NCBI RefSeq assembly: GCF_006345805.1
Contig: NC_043007.1
Location: 45,508,001-45,572,000, forward strand
Reading direction: 5' to 3'
Length of the DNA: 64,000 nucleotides
Source of the DNA: Octopus sinensis
Lineage: Eukaryota
The translations under genes and the position numbers were made by a program. The notes under the pieces are model-generated. The model saw only the letters and a list, made by a program, of their open reading frames with translations, did not search any database and was not told the DNA's origin. Shown here one piece after another: positions 1 to 12,099 of the stretch. Positions within the stretch are counted from its first letter, which is position 1. Every line of letters begins with the position of its first letter.

Positions 1-83
1 TATGATAATTAGAAATGCTTGGCTGAATTTAGATATATATCTCTGCGTGCTCTGATATTACATAGAACAGGCGTCGAATTTAC

Positions 84-460
84 TTTGAACCGTTATGAAA
101 AATCTCCTCGAGGAATGTGAAGACGTAGGCTGGAAAGCGGAACATTTTCCTATCGAAGTCGGATGTAGAGGGTTTGTTGGACACAGCGTGAGACGACTGT
201 TGTTATCGATAGGCTTAACTGGTCGTAAAGTCAATACCACCATGACTGATATCCAATCTACAGTGGAGAAGTCTAGCCACTGGATTTGGTTAAAAAGAGA
301 CGATGAGCGATGGCTAGAAGTATATTGAGTTCTTCATAACCAGCTGATCTAGCAAGCGGGGCCTCATATCAGTGAGGGGTGCCGGTGCGCATTGATGCCG
401 TCGAGAGGTAGGCCCCGAAACGGCGCGCATTCTCTCCTGATGACCCCATACACTTGCTAG
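84..460 (+). mobile_element. 3' end of a HERO-like (RLE-type) non-LTR retrotransposon: endonuclease C-terminus plus structured 3' UTR
   Basis: ORF 95-328 reads LLEECEDVGWKAEHFPIEVGCRGFVG...VEKSSHWIWLKR, and a 1-nt frameshift upstream gives NRYE. The PIEVGCRGF and S.WIW.KR motifs are typical of the C-terminus of HERO-clade restriction-like endonucleases (recalled). A GC-rich, self-complementary UTR follows. Confidence 0.8.
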
Positions 461-1197
461 CTTCCGGTATACGGAGCTTTTAACTGGTAACACTTGCATG
501 TGCAAGTTGTTTGCAAGACATCTAAGCTGTGTACTGCTCCTGGGTTCGTTATAGTAAACTACATGAATCTTCCAAAATATGTATTCTTGCATTTCTCATA
601 AAGATTGATAACGTCTTGGTGATGTTGTTGTCAGTTTTGCCTTGTAATTGAGAAATGGCTGTCAGACTATAACTGTTATTTTACATAGCGGCTAAGGTAA
701 ACGTTGATTTTTAAACATACAAATATAGAGATCTCGATGACTCGATTAAAACTAATGGTTTCTGTCAAACATCCTTCGACTTTAGATGACCTTTCCCATT
801 GTGAAATTTTTATTATATCATTCTTCCAATAGCAGCTAGACATCTGATAGCTTATAATATTGATTTGATAAAAAAGAAATTAATAGGATAACTTTGTTCC
901 TCAAATATTGATAGGTATTATACATCAATACATGCGTAATATATCACACACACACATACGCGCACACAGAGAGGCACGCGCGCGCGAACACATACAGACA
1001 GACGGGCAGACTGACTGACAGACATACACACACACACAAACAAAAAGGCACACGCTCACGTGTCATATTTGGCTATTAAAAAGTGATAGCGACAATACAA
1101 AACAATGCTAATTATCTTTTTTCTTTCATAGACTGCATATTTATCAATTTTTTAAGCTCACTTGGAAAGTAATAAAACCACTACGCCATATGCCCGT

Positions 1198-1293
1198 GGG
1201 CATGTGGCGTAGTGGTTAAGAGCGCGGGCTACTAACCCTAATATTCCGAGTTCGATTCCAAGCAGTGACCTGAACAACAACAACAACAACAAC

Positions 1294-1364
<71 letters not shown>

Positions 1365-1550
1365 CAACATCGAAAAATACCTTAAGAATGAGAACCCAGG
1401 TTCGAAATTCCCCCAAGACACCTGAAGAAGGCAGGAGGGTATATCGGCCGAAACATTGTATTAACAACAAACAAGATGAGGACAAATATCTGTCAAATGT
1501 AAATACTGTAAATAATGTACATATTTCCTCATCTCTTAAATATAAAATTG
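1198..1550 (+). mobile_element. tRNA-headed SINE-like element with internal (AAC/AAT)n and a Penelope-like tail
   Basis: A box TGGCGTAGTGG (1205-1215) and B box GAGTTCGATTCC (1248-1259); then a triplet microsatellite (1274-1368); then a tail containing GACAC-CTGAAGA...GGCC-GAAAC. Confidence 0.75.
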
Positions 1551-2139
1551 TAGAGTTGTGGTTGAAAGAGTCATAATCTTCATCTATTTCTCTGTAACTC
1601 AGAATATAACAATATTCCTTTCTGAGAACGTTCACTAAAAAATTGCCCTAGAAGAACTTCTTACTCCGTACGAAATGAAATGTATTCTGCTGCCATATTG
1701 AATGCCTCATTATGTTAGTAGGCTATTTAAACGTGTAATATTCCTGACCTTTATTAGATATTGTCAGAAAAATACCTTCAGTATTTTCTTTACTCGAGAG
1801 AGTTACGGTAATCATTTGAATCATCCAGTACATTGTGTTTATAAATTCCTAAATTGTGATGATAAATTCCTTATCTTCCTCTCTTTTTTATTACCGATTT
1901 AAAGGACTGAGTATTTACTAAGAATCCAATACGTCATGCGTGCTCGAATCTTCAGCGCAATGTAAATAGAAAAATGTTAAACAAATAACTCTCCAGTCCA
2001 TACCAACTTGGAGTATAAGCGTTAAGCTAAATGTTAAAAGAAAGTTTTCAACTCATATTTGCATATAAAGTAAATATTCTTAATTCAGAATTGCGATTTG
2101 TTTAGCTTATTTCATAACCAAAAAGCTGGTACGGATTAT

Positions 2140-2615
2140 AAACAATGAAAGACCGATTTTGGTGATTCATTTGACAGAGGAAGTAGAGAGTCAATCCAAT
2201 CATAAATTTGACCTTGGATCTTCAAAGTTTACATGAATCCTGGCTCCGGTAAATATCTTGATGTCATCTGTAGTGCAGCGTTGCAGTGTCTAATTTTGTT
2301 TTGGAAGGAAGTGCTTCGAATGTTGGTCAGTTGATGACAATGTTTTTTTTCAGTGGCTCTAGAGTTCGGGGATTGCAGGGAGCTTAAACTTTCCACCACT
2401 GCAGCACAGTGCAGATGTCTCCCGAGATTACTTCCTTGCTTTACAATGTATGGACTTAGTTGTTATTGCACCAATAGAAACTCTACTATCATCTGCATAA
2501 TGAACTACTGGATCATAATTGAAAGCTGCTTCATAGAAGTTGCTTCTCTGAGCTGTTACAACTGCAGTGGAGATCCTATTCCTTGTCAGCTGTGCATACC
2601 TCTTTTCATCACTGA
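2140..2615 (-). pseudogene. Decayed Helitron Rep/helicase N-terminal fragment
   Basis: Minus-strand translation across stops and frameshifts gives AFNYDPVVHYADD...IGAI...HCKARK*...ALCCSGGKFKLP...NAALQMTS...GFM*TLKIQGQIYDWIDSLLPLSNESPK. This matches the recalled Helitron Rep motifs CCxxGKVxLP, FQMTS and FKVQGQVYHxIGSLLP. Confidence 0.8.
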
Positions 2616-2628
2616 ACACATATATATA

Positions 2629-3844
2629 CGAGGGTGAGTCAAAAATTATACGCACTCTTGTTTTTTCAATGTTTTTACACAAAGCAGGGTATAAACAAGT
2701 ACGTCATATTTCTATATAGTTTCCTTCCTTTTCGATGCATTAGGGCCAGCGGTCCACAAGCTTGTGTATTCCCTCCAAGAAGAAGGTTTCTGATTTGTCT
2801 TTCGACTATTTATGCACCGCTTCCTTCGCATCATCCCTCGTAGGAAATCGACGACCTGGTAAACCATGTTTCAGCGATACAAAGATATGATAGTCGGAAG
2901 GGTCGACATCTGGGTTGTAGGCAGGGCGTTTCAGCTCTTCAAAACCCAACTGGCTAGTGGTTTCAACGGTCTTGGCTACCGTATGTGGGCGTGCATTAGC
3001 ATGCAATAAGAAAGCCTTCTTCGACAATAGGCTTCGGCGTTTGGTGCGAATTGCTGGTGTCAGTTTTTGGCAAGCAAATCACTGTATCTTACACTATTGA
3101 TTGTACACCCCTTTTCCAGGTACTCTTCCAGTATAAGGTCCTCGTGATGAGCCAGAAAGTTTCTGTCCCACATTTCGTCCTTCGAATTCTATCTCATAAT
3201 GATGAACCCACGTTTCATCACCTGTGACAATTCTGCTCAAAGATTACTCGCCATCATTACTGTAGCGATCGAATAAACGTCGGTAGACCTCAAGAAGCTT
3301 GCGCTAGTACTCTGCAGTAAGCTCTCTTGGCACTCATCTTGCATAGACTTTATGGAAGCCGAGCTATTCGTGGATGATTTGATATGCAGCAATATGACTA
3401 ATCTCTAGAGATGGAGCTACCTCATTGATGATAAATCGCTGGTTCACCATTATTATCTCTTGAACTTGCTGGATCTTCTCGTCAGTGGTGGAGGTTGACG
3501 GGCATCCTGCTTTTTCTTCGTGCGTCACGTTTGTCCGGTCAATTTCAAACTTCTCGATCCACTCATACATACTTCTACGCAGTAGTGCACAGTCCCCGTG
3601 TTATGCTAAAAGCCTCCGATGAATTTCAGCAGCTGTCATCTACCGACCAGAGATATCGGATCACTGCTCTTTGTTCTTTGGTGCGCATTACTAGTGGAGC
3701 CGTCATACATACATTGTAAAGTCAAAAAGAGAAGTGGCGCGATCAGGCTCAGTACCAACTATATGCATGCACGCGCAGAAGGCAGTGTCACAATAATAAA
3801 TGTGTGTTATGGTGAAAGTGCGGATAATTTTTGATTTCCTCTCG
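2629..3844 (-). mobile_element. Near full-length mariner (DD34D) transposon with a decayed transposase
   Basis: TIRs CGAGGGTGAGTCAAAAATTATACGCACT (2629) and AGTGCGGATAATTTTTGATTTCCTCTCG (3817-3844), with TA at the left flank. Minus-strand motifs IVTGDETWVH, LLHANARPHT and PAYNPDVDPSDYH, plus the HTH region YEWIEKFE. Multiple stops and frameshifts. Confidence 0.92.
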
Positions 3845-3970
3845 TCTCGTATGTATATATATGTATGTATGTATGCGTGTGTGTATATGTATGTATGCAT
3901 GTATGCATGTATGTGTATATATATATATATATATGTGTGTGTATATATATGTATATAATTAATTTTAGCA

Positions 3971-4107
3971 ACATACCGAAAATTTAGAAATAGCAGCCAA
4001 AAACCGCTTATTCCCATTTACTAGAAATATAGCTCCACATATAACATTTACTTGTAGTAAATGGGAAAAAGTGATTTTTGGCTGCAATTTCTAAATTTTC
4101 GGTATGT
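3971..4107. repeat. Short foldback/MITE-like inverted repeat (53-bp arms)
   Basis: ACATACCGAAAATTTAGAAAT...CCCATTTACTA (3971-4023) pairs with 4055-4107 with a few mismatches. Confidence 0.8.
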
Positions 4108-4266
4108 GGCTTAGCAACCTGTTGCTTAACCCTAATTATATATATATATATATACATTTAAAACATTTTCTAAAAGTTCCTACCGTTTATGGTACTCTTT
4201 TCATACCGATAACTACTTGGTAACAATTGTCAATTTAAAAATTAATAATTATTTACCCTTATATTA

Positions 4267-4390
<124 letters not shown>

Positions 4391-4644
4391 TATCTATGTA
4401 TATATTATAAAGACAAATAAAAAATGATAAATGAAAGCATTTAATACATATTAAATGCTACAAAATCATTATTAGTTTGACTTCCTTATTATAATTCGCA
4501 CGACTTGGCTTCAATAAAATTTAGTCTGTCCTATACTATTTTTACGGACCCTCTAGGAAGGATTTGTAGTAGTTTGTTCTTCGTAACTCGGGTCGAAAAT
4601 TCTAGTATCACGCATCGCTGCTAAAGCATACACAAATACATACA

Positions 4645-4768
4645 TACATATATACGTACGTGCATGCATACATACATACATACATACATACATACATACA
4701 TACATACATACATACATACATACATACATACATACATACATACATACGTGTGTGTGTGTGTGTGTGTT
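4645..4768. repeat. (TACA)n followed by (TG)n microsatellite
   Basis: Seen directly in the sequence. Confidence 0.98.
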
Positions 4769-5857
4769 TGTTTAACCACGTATAATTAGGCAATTTGCAT
4801 TTTCAAACATGATATGAGACTGCTCCTTCTTCTAAAAGATATAAATCAACGGAAGTAAACAGCATCAACAATACGAACAGTGTGCTGTTTGAGATATTAT
4901 ATTTACGCCTATTAGTTAGGTAAACATTTTTCGACTATCTCTACAGTAGTGAATGAAGGGTTTGATGAAAACTGCATTTCAAGAGCAGTCTTTTTCTTTA
5001 CAATTTGCGCAATGTATTGCACATTTGATTCTCCTTATAAACTGAAAAAAAAAAGCATTTGAAATATGTGATATGCGACGTGGTTTTTAGCCGAATTATG
5101 TAAAAAATACATATTTTGGCAAATTTACACTACATTACAGATTTTACTCTTGTGCATTTTAAGAGAAATTTACATCATAGTAACTTCAGTATATATAACT
5201 TCAGTGTGTACCGAATATACAAAATTTTGTCTTCCCAAATGAAATCAGTTCTGAAGCTTTTGAAAATGTGGTTTGTTATGTACATATTTCATGTATATAT
5301 AAATTTAGTGTGTTATATAACTACGATTAAGATCGGTTGATAGTGTGTTTCAGAGACTTAAATACTTACCAAAATGTTTTTATGCTCCAGAGGCATTTTA
5401 CATCTATGTTCTGAATTTGTTGTTCCTGTTTTCCATTTCGCCCAGACTAGCAAGAATATCTATCGACCACAATCAAGATTCCTACGAACATTGATGAATA
5501 GTTATGACAGAAAATAAAAAAAACAACTAAGAAACCGCCTTTTTAGTCATAATGCTTTAGCAGCAAGCCGGTAACGATGGACATTTAGAATTTGCAATAG
5601 ACGCCAATATCTCTTTAAACTACAAGGATACTTCTCAACTTAATAGTTATAAAATTTCAGCAAAAAATCTACTTTAGAAAGTGATGAGGGAAAATATTAA
5701 GAATATTGAAGAAAATAAATTAGGAAAATGAAATGGTTCCTTCATTCACAGAAGCTTTTAAGAAGGCTTGGGTAAAGTGTTTTGCGTTGTACATTATTTT
5801 CTGAGGTTTTGGGAAAAATACAGTTATATGTATACTAACTGGTCCATACTCTGGTAG

Positions 5858-5904
<47 letters not shown>

Positions 5905-6261
5905 ATGTATGTATGTATGTACGTATGTATATATTTATGTATGTATGTGTGTGTATATGTATATATACGTATATACATATATATATATATATACTTATAT
6001 ATATATTTTTCCATATATACATATATGTATATATGTGTCGCACGCGTGTGCATAATATTGACGTCATAACAATGTTTAAACTTTCGAGAGAACTTGTAGG
6101 GATTCCTTTTTAGAATTGTTTTGCGAAGTGCATATAAGCTATAAATAAAAGCATGCAAATATTGGGTTCAAAAATCCACTTTGATAGTAAGATTACGCCG
6201 AATATTTACGGGCCATGATATATATATATACATATATATTTGATTTCAATAATATATATAT

Positions 6262-6297
<36 letters not shown>

Positions 6298-8751
6298 ATT
6301 TGATTTCAATAAGATGCATGTTTATTATGTATTTCCGGTGGTAACACATGTGCAAAGGTATACAGCAACTTCTGTTATACCGGTCAGACTGAAGTGTTCA
6401 TGACAGGACTACTGTTTATGCGCATGTACGAACACATGAATAATAAACATATTCGAATATCTTTACAACGCCATTTGCTATTTGTGTGTGCTATAAGCCG
6501 TTCAATTTTCAATGTTTTTCTTACGCATTTATTAATATGAATAGTGTGTGCTTTCTTCTTGCTTATTCAATACTAATATTTTGTTTAAAGCCTGTGTCAG
6601 TAAGGGTTGCATAAGAAAACAGGAAGATCAAGAGATGTCTTGTGAGAGGGGAAAATACGGAAAGTGTATTAGTGGGTAGAGAGACTGACAAATGGTGGGA
6701 GAGAGAGAGAAATGACCGTAGGGGAATAAAGCTAGACACGTAGATAGAAAAATAATTATAGATAGAAGGAAAGATAAATCGAGTGAAAGATAGGAAGCGA
6801 GAAAAGGACGAACACACGTTGATTAATATTAGAATCATACTAAAGCACTGAAAACTCAGTGACAAGCCTTCTATATTCTGTGAATGCTGAATGTATAAAT
6901 CATCATTTTTAGAGTTTTGTTTCTCTTGGTGCATTAATTACTGTGTAGAGAAACTCCGTAAAGCCTCAAAAAATACTGTAAGCTTTATAACGTAGCTTAA
7001 GGCGGAATTCTTATTCGAATTGATGGTCACATTATTCATAAGGACTAAATCTAAGTCGATAGATTAAATCCTGCAATCTTCTTGCATTAAGTACCCAAAA
7101 GTTAGATGAGCAGTAACCCATGGTTCCAAACATTTGGTTGCTAGTAACACATAAATGACACGTTACTTTCTTAAGCACGAATAAGCTTAAAAACAGGACA
7201 GTCATGGTTGGAATAGGATTTACATTGATCACGTGTCTATTGAATCAAGACTAACATGGAGTTAGCTATACACCAACAACGGCAACAATGACAACAGAAA
7301 CAGCAACAACGTTGTAAGGCGTTGATATGCATTCATACACTGCCGTTTTCTCGACAGATAAAATTTTTCTCTATTACTTCTACGTGCAATAAGTCTATAA
7401 GAGTGAGCCTGTGTACATAAGTGAGTAAAATTAGCATCAACCAGTATTAACAACACGCAGAATTGCTGACTGTGACCTCTGACCTCAAAAGCATTGCAAT
7501 TTCTAAAATTAAAATTATGGAGAATGTTTGGAAATATATTTACAAATATAAACAAACTGGTCAAATACTTTAAGCAGAAACGAAGAAAATGTTTATATAA
7601 TATCCTCATAAAATAAACTTGACGTTGCCTTCCACTGTGGTATAATGTGTTAGTTGATGGTGATTATGTTTTCAATTCTGCTCTCTCTTTTAAGCGCGAT
7701 ATATTTTTAACGATTTGATCTGTAAGAAGAGGCTGTGCCTATAAAATTCCCAGGCATTCTGACTGTGACGAATTGGTACTACCAGATCAGACACATCATG
7801 GCATGCCTTGCCACATGACAGACATGCAACTACTTCCTTTATATGAGGATAAATATTATTTTGATTTGAAAACCTAAAGTCGACACTTTAACAAGACAGA
7901 TCATGGATTTTCGTCTACATTTCCTCCTTAACGCATCGGACCGATACTATGCATATATTTAATGCTCAAATTGAACTACAAGTTGAATCTACTGAAAGGG
8001 CATCGTTAGAGAAGGATATTCTCGGAGTCTCATGCAAGAAAGTATGGTCATTTAGAAACCTGGGAGTGGAAGACACAATGCAGATTATGAAGGGAAGACG
8101 AACAGAAGAATGAATGAATAGGACTGGAATTTAGATGGGGGTGGTACGGGACCAGCTGCTGCTTTGGAAAGGAAATTAAGTGATGCTTGATTGGTTAAAG
8201 GAAAAAGGAAGAGTTGAACAGAAGTTGTAATGTCGATTGTTAGTCAAAAATGTGCGTGCATTCGTCCGCCTCATAAAGGAACTTATAATTAGTACAATAA
8301 TTACAAACTGAGACAAAATATTACACAGCTAACTATTTTGTTAGGTTCTTGATTCTGTTAGCATGCACCGTGTTTAGTAAACTAAATAAGCATTTGAGTA
8401 ATGTATTATATATGTGTGTGGTTTTTTTTTGTGTATGTGTGTAGAATAGCATATTTCATGCAAATTTTTGATAGGAAATTCACTGTTTAACGACGGGAAA
8501 AATAAAGATTAATGACGGGGAAAATAACACCGTTTTTGTTTGGAATATTCCTGAAAATTTATATCCCTCAGAATAATTATTAAGGCATATGAAATATATG
8601 GCGTATCCTCCAAATCAAACTAAACTTTAAATCTGTGCCAAAAGAAAATGAATGCGTATGGTGTGGTGTGTGTGTGTGTGAGGGGGGGGGGTAAACATAA
8701 AGAAGGTTACCTCTACCATACACATTCATTTCGTAATATTCTTTTAGTCTT

Positions 8752-8850
8752 TTACTCTTTTACTTGTTTCAGTCATTTGACTGCAGCCATGCTGGAGCAC
8801 CGGTCTTTTTTGCAGAACCGCTAATGTTACGCGCACTTAAACACACCAAC
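8752..8850 (-). mobile_element. SINE family A, 3' tail fragment
   Basis: TACTTGTTTCAGTCATTTGACTGCAGCCATGCTGGAGCACC is shared with the copies at 18600, 35225 and 46955. Confidence 0.85.
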
Positions 8851-8859
8851 ACAACCCTC

Positions 8860-9839
8860 TATTAGTCGGGCAATGGGATCGGTGGATGCTCCGCTTTAGA
8901 AATTTATAGAGGATTAGTGGCGGGGAAGTGTGACGACATTCTCAGGGAGACTCTGGGCGCCGGCGAGAACGAACTGCCTAGTCTGTCTGTTCCGGAGGAC
9001 TTTCCGGTTGCGAATTATCACGGATAATTTCCAAACGTCCTTGGCGTGGTAGTGCTATCAGGGAGGGGACGCAGGCGGTACCAGTCCGAGATAAAATCTG
9101 CAGGCACATATGTGCTGTCAGGGGGACTTGTGTGAGGTGTGCGCAGAGTAACGAAACCGTCCTGTATAACTTCGTTCTGAGTCCGGGTATTGCTGACTTG
9201 TGGGGTTGTGTTGAACAGCTGCTGTCACGTGTGTGACAGATCCATCTGTCAGCTGAGTCTGTAGTGATGGTTGCACCACCGCCCTCCATCTATCGGGTAG
9301 GCAAGGCAGTTTTCCATTGCTTGGTGGCTGTGACGAAAGAGCTTGTTTGGTGGACAAGGCTGAAATGTGTGAGGACTGATACATTCTTCTTTGGTAGGGC
9401 TCTCCTTGAGTTTTTCAAGTGTCACTTAAAAAGGAAATTGAGAGTGGAGAGGAAAGTGCTGTCCTCGAGTGAGTTCACTGAAAGGTGGGTGAAACTTGCG
9501 AAAATGGCAAGTGTGTATGGTACCGCTCTAAGTGTAGACCTTTGAGTCGGAGAAAAGGAATTGGAGAGGGCACTTGCTCCTAGGGTTTCAGGGAAATCTT
9601 AGGCAGGGGGTGGTTCTTCGATTATCCCTAGAGGCTTTCCTCTATCAGGAGGGTTACATCTCTATCATCCTCCCCCAACTTTTCTACCTTTATATTCTAT
9701 GCATATGTCTCTTCTTTTCCACTGTATACTGTGTATATATTTTTTTATCATTTCATTATTATATGTAAACCCCCACACTTTATATTTGTCTCTGTATTGT
9801 CCTTCTCATGCTTCGCCCTTGTAGCAAATAAATGGAATC

Positions 9840-9840
<1 letters not shown>
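8860..9840 (+). mobile_element. 5'-truncated L1/Tx1-like LINE: ORF2 C-terminus and 3' UTR
   Basis: Decayed frame includes FQTSLAW, VPVRDK and CVRCAQSNETVL (eroded CCHC/zf-RVT knuckle), then FFKCHLKRKLRVERKVLSSSEFTERW, ending at 9545. The UTR ends with AATAAA (~9826) followed by a (TTA)n tail. Confidence 0.75.
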
Positions 9841-9882
<42 letters not shown>

Positions 9883-9925
9883 GTTATTATTATTATTATT
9901 GTTATTGTTGTTGTTGTTGTTGATG

Positions 9926-9963
<38 letters not shown>

Positions 9964-9965
9964 TA
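9841..9965. repeat. (TTA/TTG)n microsatellite, tail of the LINE
   Basis: Seen directly in the sequence. Confidence 0.97.
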
Positions 9966-11872
9966 TTGGTGTCAGTATGTGTATGCAATAAACTTTTCTT
10001 ACTCGTAATAAGACTTTAGTTTTCATACTTGCCCTATATTTTTGAATTTTATGTAGACCATATCACATTTAGAAGCTTATATTCGAACCAGTGCTGGAAG
10101 GCAGGAGTTTTTAAGGAAACAATTGGACATTGTTTCCTTAAACACTGAAGCGAGAAAGAATTTTGTATTCAAAAAATGCTATTCATGAATTGGCATTTAA
10201 CAATCTAAAATCTAGAAAGAGAAAAAGAGAGAGAGGGGAAGGGAGAGGGAGGGAGGGCAGAGGGAGAGTAATGGATAAAAGAAACAACATCACTGCACAA
10301 TGAAAATAAAAATGGGGACGAAGAAGCCTCAGAAGTGAAATAAAAGTATATTTTATGATATCACAATCTAATAAATAGTCTTTGAATACAAGAATCTTTG
10401 AAATAAAAGATAATACGTCTAGGAGAATGAATATATTTGATGTCAGAAATAACTGTTCTTAATACTATTGTATTCTTATTTTTCATCGGGGCGGTGGGGG
10501 GGGTATACTTTGGTCGGTGAATGTTTTGTCTTATTTGCTTCTTCCGTGAAATAATACAAGTATCCGAAGAATTTAAGCATTAAGCCAAAAGATCGCAAAT
10601 TGTTTACTTGACAGTTGGAGCAGGAAGTTTAAATTTCGTCTTTATCTCTTTAGAATCATTATGAGAATTACATTCTAACCAGATTCCAAGTGCATATAGC
10701 GGAAGTTAATTTGTATTAATGCAATTATGTTTTTTTAATCCTTTAGTTTTCTTTTGTTTGTTTATGAATGTATGCAAAGTATACAGGTTATTATGAGATA
10801 ATGAATATAAAATCTAATTATGACGCCATTCGTCAAATAGTTTTCTCAGAACTATTTTAGAATTTACAAGTAGCAAGCGGGAATAATTTAATCTCTCTGG
10901 TAGCACTGTTAAAGACAATATTTGATGATGAAGTCTTATAACACTGAAACATGTGTTGAGTTACCACCACATTATCAAATTAGGACTCACCCTTTAATGA
11001 ATAGTTCACATTCCATATTTTATTAATTTTGATTCATTAAAGATTCGACATTGTTTTATCAACTTTTCTTCACTAGTAGCGATTATTAATCTAATGAAAT
11101 ATTTTGCGCCTTATCAGTGGTGTAATTTTAAATAACTAACATTTCTTAACACCCTATACTATGTTAATAACAACCTTACTATTTGATTTTCGAGCAGAGT
11201 GTGTACCAGAAGGTTTTTGTAATTCTTTTTCATATTTTTTCTTTTCTTCTTTTTGTTTATTCGTTTGATATAAAATCAACAGCTTAACACGTCACCTAAT
11301 GTAATATATATAAGGCTTCATTAGAAATACTGCTGGCCTTAAAAGACATTAGATTTATAACTTGAACGTAACAGTCATATGTAATTGCGGTGAAGCTTAC
11401 AGATGACATTGTAAAGAGTCATACAGAGATATTAAGAGATTCATTTCAGCATGGAAATGATGAAATTGTCTAAAATAAATGAGTTGAGTGTGGGTGCAGA
11501 AGACTTCAACTCGTCATAGAAATTTAATGAAACACTCAAGATATAATTAATGACTATATTGTGGATGCATAATTGTCTTCTGCTAACGTAAGCGGCTTTT
11601 AAAATAATCTTCCTTGTACAGCAGACATGACATACTATGTGTAGCCTCGGCTAACGTTGCTGTATTACAATATTGATTTTAGTCAGAGGTATAGCCTGAG
11701 TATGACAACATGATCGATACCTTATATTTCATATTTTCATTGTCGCAAAGCAATAACATTTGTTTTCAGTAGAGACACACAGCTCGAAATATTTAGTTCA
11801 GTGGTTCTCAACAAGACTTCACATGATCCTTGGGTGGTGGGACATATGAGATTTTATTCTTAGAATTTATGC

Positions 11873-12032
11873 GCAGGCGTGGCTGTGTGGTAAGTAGCTT
11901 GCTTACCAACAACGTGGTTCTGGGTTCATTCCCATTGCGTGGCACCTTGAACAAGTGTCTTCTACTATAGCTACGAGCCGACCAAAGCCTCGTGGGTGGA
12001 TTTGGTATACAGAAACCGAAAGAAGCCCGTCG
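11873..12032 (+). mobile_element. SINE family A (tRNA head plus core, 3'-truncated)
   Basis: A box TGGCTGTGTGG, B-box-like GGGTTCATTCCC and core GGCACCTTGAACAAGTGTCTTCTACTATAGC; ends in (TA)n. Confidence 0.85.

Positions 12033-12099
<67 letters not shown>

Noticed and set aside
1198-1270. SINE heads (also 11873, 18930, 45680, 58870) as real tRNA genes
   Set aside because: A and B boxes are present, but there is no complete cloverleaf and each continues into a SINE body.
6395-6440. CTGAAGT-GTTCATG...CATGTAC-GAAC hammerhead-like motif
   Set aside because: It has two core defects and no stem I or cleavage triplet, so it could be chance.
7740-8200. Possible RTE-type LINE remnant
   Set aside because: It is too decayed; I could not recover a diagnostic motif.
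10235-10264. G-quadruplex-capable GGGA tract
   Set aside because: It is part of a simple GA-rich repeat, with nothing pointing to a function.
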